DNA of 64,000 nucleotides, taken from assembly GCA_026004595.1 (NCBI GenBank), contig BPJL01000006.1:12299-76298 (forward strand), written 5' to 3'. The stretch is from Patescibacteria group bacterium (GTDB lineage Bacteria; Patescibacteriota; WWE3; UBA101185; UBA10185). Shown here one piece after another: positions 62,768-64,000 of this stretch. A model generated the notes under the pieces. That model was not told the DNA's origin, made no database searches, and worked only from the letters and a program-made list of their open reading frames with translations. A program made the translations under genes and the position numbers. How positions within the stretch are numbered: position 1 is the stretch's first letter; each line of letters begins with the position of its first letter.

Positions 62768-62837
62768 GGGCGATTGATGAAAGCAGATTTTTCTCTTTCC
62801 AGTCGCCCTATCTCTAAATTTCTCTTTCTTGTTGTGT
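62767..62837 (+). repeat. Trailer element 2: hairpin + anti-box CTTTCTTGTTGTGT
   Basis: AGGGCGATTG/CAGTCGCCCT stem; 62824-62837 is the exact reverse complement of 59336-59349. Confidence 0.8.
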
Positions 62838-62948
62838 AAGCGCAAGGATTTATATTTTATGAATTTTTACGCTTCGGTTTCAGATAGATTTTTTTTGGAA
62901 CCGCTATAAATACAAACTGCCCCCTGCTTTATTAATAAGGAGAAAGGC

Positions 62949-63078
62949 ACTTTGAGAACAAAACAAGATAGATAGGTTGCCTTTAGGTACGTACCCGCAA
63001 GGCTTTTACTAGAAGTTTTACGGGTGCGTAGCCTAATAATAGGCAGCTATAAATAGGAAATATAAAAAAGAAAGGAGG
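62949..63078 (+). repeat. Leader element 3: boxA-like 23-mer + hairpin homologous to element 1 + SD
   Basis: ACTTTGAGAACAAAACAAGATAG (20/23), hairpin about 62972-63050, AAAGGAGG 63071-63078. Confidence 0.85.
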
Positions 63079-63083
63079 ATGGA

Positions 63084-64000
63084 GTGAATAAAGGATTTGC
63101 TGCGGTATTGCTGCTCTTTCTTGTACTATGTGGCACATTGGGTTTTGTAGTTTTTGGGTTGAATATTGTGGGAAGAGCGGACGTGCTCAAAAGCCTAGTA
63201 CTACCTGATGTAAAGAGTATCTTGACGGTATGTACCACAATGGTTGTAATAATAATTACATCCCAGGTTCTTTCATTTTGGGTTGCAAGGCTTGGGAAAA
63301 GTGTTGTCCACAGCTATTTTGACCGAAGGTGGCTCCCTAAAGAGAACAATAGTGAATCGTACACAACCTCATACGGAGAACGGCTCGAAAAAGTTGTATT
63401 ACCTAGTTATCTTGGAACAACGGTTTGGGATCTTGCCGCGCACACCTTTCCGTCAATGTTCGTTGTCAGCTTAATTGCAAGTATCGCGGTTTATGTGATT
63501 CTAACTGTAGCGGGTATTGGCGCTTTTCAGGTTTGGGTTATCTTGACCCTACTCATTCTAGCTTGTAATTTCATACTCGTCCCTGTCACGTATTGGATTA
63601 AGGAGTGGAAAAGGAAATATACAAAGTTCATCATATTTTCCTTCAATGTCATATACATTGGTGTAAAAACACCGATTCTTGCTTTGTTTTTCTGGAAGGG
63701 GAGCTTGCCGCAGAAGAGCAGAACTCCAATTACAGAAGTTTTGGAAATACAAATGTCGGCCGATCCCCAGCAATTCAAAGAGGAGTATCGTACCTCCTGG
63801 CTTAGGGACCAATGGACATCAATACTATCCAGGCGAGTAGGTTTGCGGACAATCTTTCTAAGAAGCCGCAGTAATAAAGCGGAGGATATCATTCTTTGGA
63901 TCGATAACGGTCCGGCGATAGATAAAATCCTTCGAAATCTTAGCGAAAAGGCTTTGAGGTCTCAATTGGGGGCTGGTCTAATTGCTCAAACTGTGGCCAA
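63084..64000 (+). CDS. Multi-pass membrane protein, runs off window end
   Basis: Manual translation from GTG 63084 after AAAGGAGG: MNKGFAAVLLLFLVLCG..., open for 305 codons with about 4 TMs; absent from ORF track because there is no stop. Confidence 0.75.
   Translation, partial: MNKGFAAVLLLFLVLCGTLGFVVFGLNIVGRADVLKSLVLPDVKSILTVCTTMVVIIITSQVLSFWVARLGKSVVHSYFDRRWLPKENNSESYTTSYGERLEKVVLPSYLGTTVWDLAAHTFPSMFVVSLIASIAVYVILTVAGIGAFQVWVILTLLILACNFILVPVTYWIKEWKRKYTKFIIFSFNVIYIGVKTPILALFFWKGSLPQKSRTPITEVLEIQMSADPQQFKEEYRTSWLRDQWTSILSRRVGLRTIFLRSRSNKAEDIILWIDNGPAIDKILRNLSEKALRSQLGAGLIAQTVA

Noticed and set aside
56820-62971. 23-mer repeats as a CRISPR array
   Set aside because: Only three copies, separated by 2.5-3.6 kb of coding sequence; no cas genes in the window.
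56845-63050. Long hairpins as integron attC sites
   Set aside because: No RYYYAAC...GTTRRRY ends in the expected order, they sit 5' of SD sites rather than directly after stops, and no integron integrase is visible.
1-64000. Alternative genetic code (TGA=Gly as in Gracilibacteria/SR1)
   Set aside because: Conserved genes such as ftsZ, gatA and pduO end at TGA at the expected length and have no in-frame TGA.

Overview
Bacterial chromosome segment, genetic code 11 (TGA used as stop). Gene content, near-leaderless genes and a CPR-style dcw cluster suggest Patescibacteria/CPR, possibly Microgenomates/WWE3-like (inference). Positions 1-56 kb are mostly housekeeping: SOS/NER cluster (lexA, uvrB, PBP1A, uvrA, uvrC), secG-murA-mraY-ftsW-murG-ftsQAZ, B12-dependent nrdJ with pduO, ileS, rplU/rpmA, lepB, a polysaccharide/cell-wall locus, polX, lemA/htpX, gatCAB, Klenow-type polA, a CIRCE-preceded ClpE/ClpC, rplS, hisS and five tRNAs. 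From about 56 kb to the end is an accessory region encoding a divergent monoderm-type T4SS/conjugation-like machine (pilin-like, VirB6-like, PrgI-like, VirB4-like ATPase, SLT+M23 hydrolase). It is split into modules by a repeated non-coding architecture: a boxA-like 23-mer, a long G-U-rich hairpin and a strong SD at the 5' end of each module, and a hairpin plus the reverse complement of the box at the 3' end. This RNA architecture is the best candidate for an undescribed system. Four genes carry +1 homopolymer frameshifts that are probably assembly errors.
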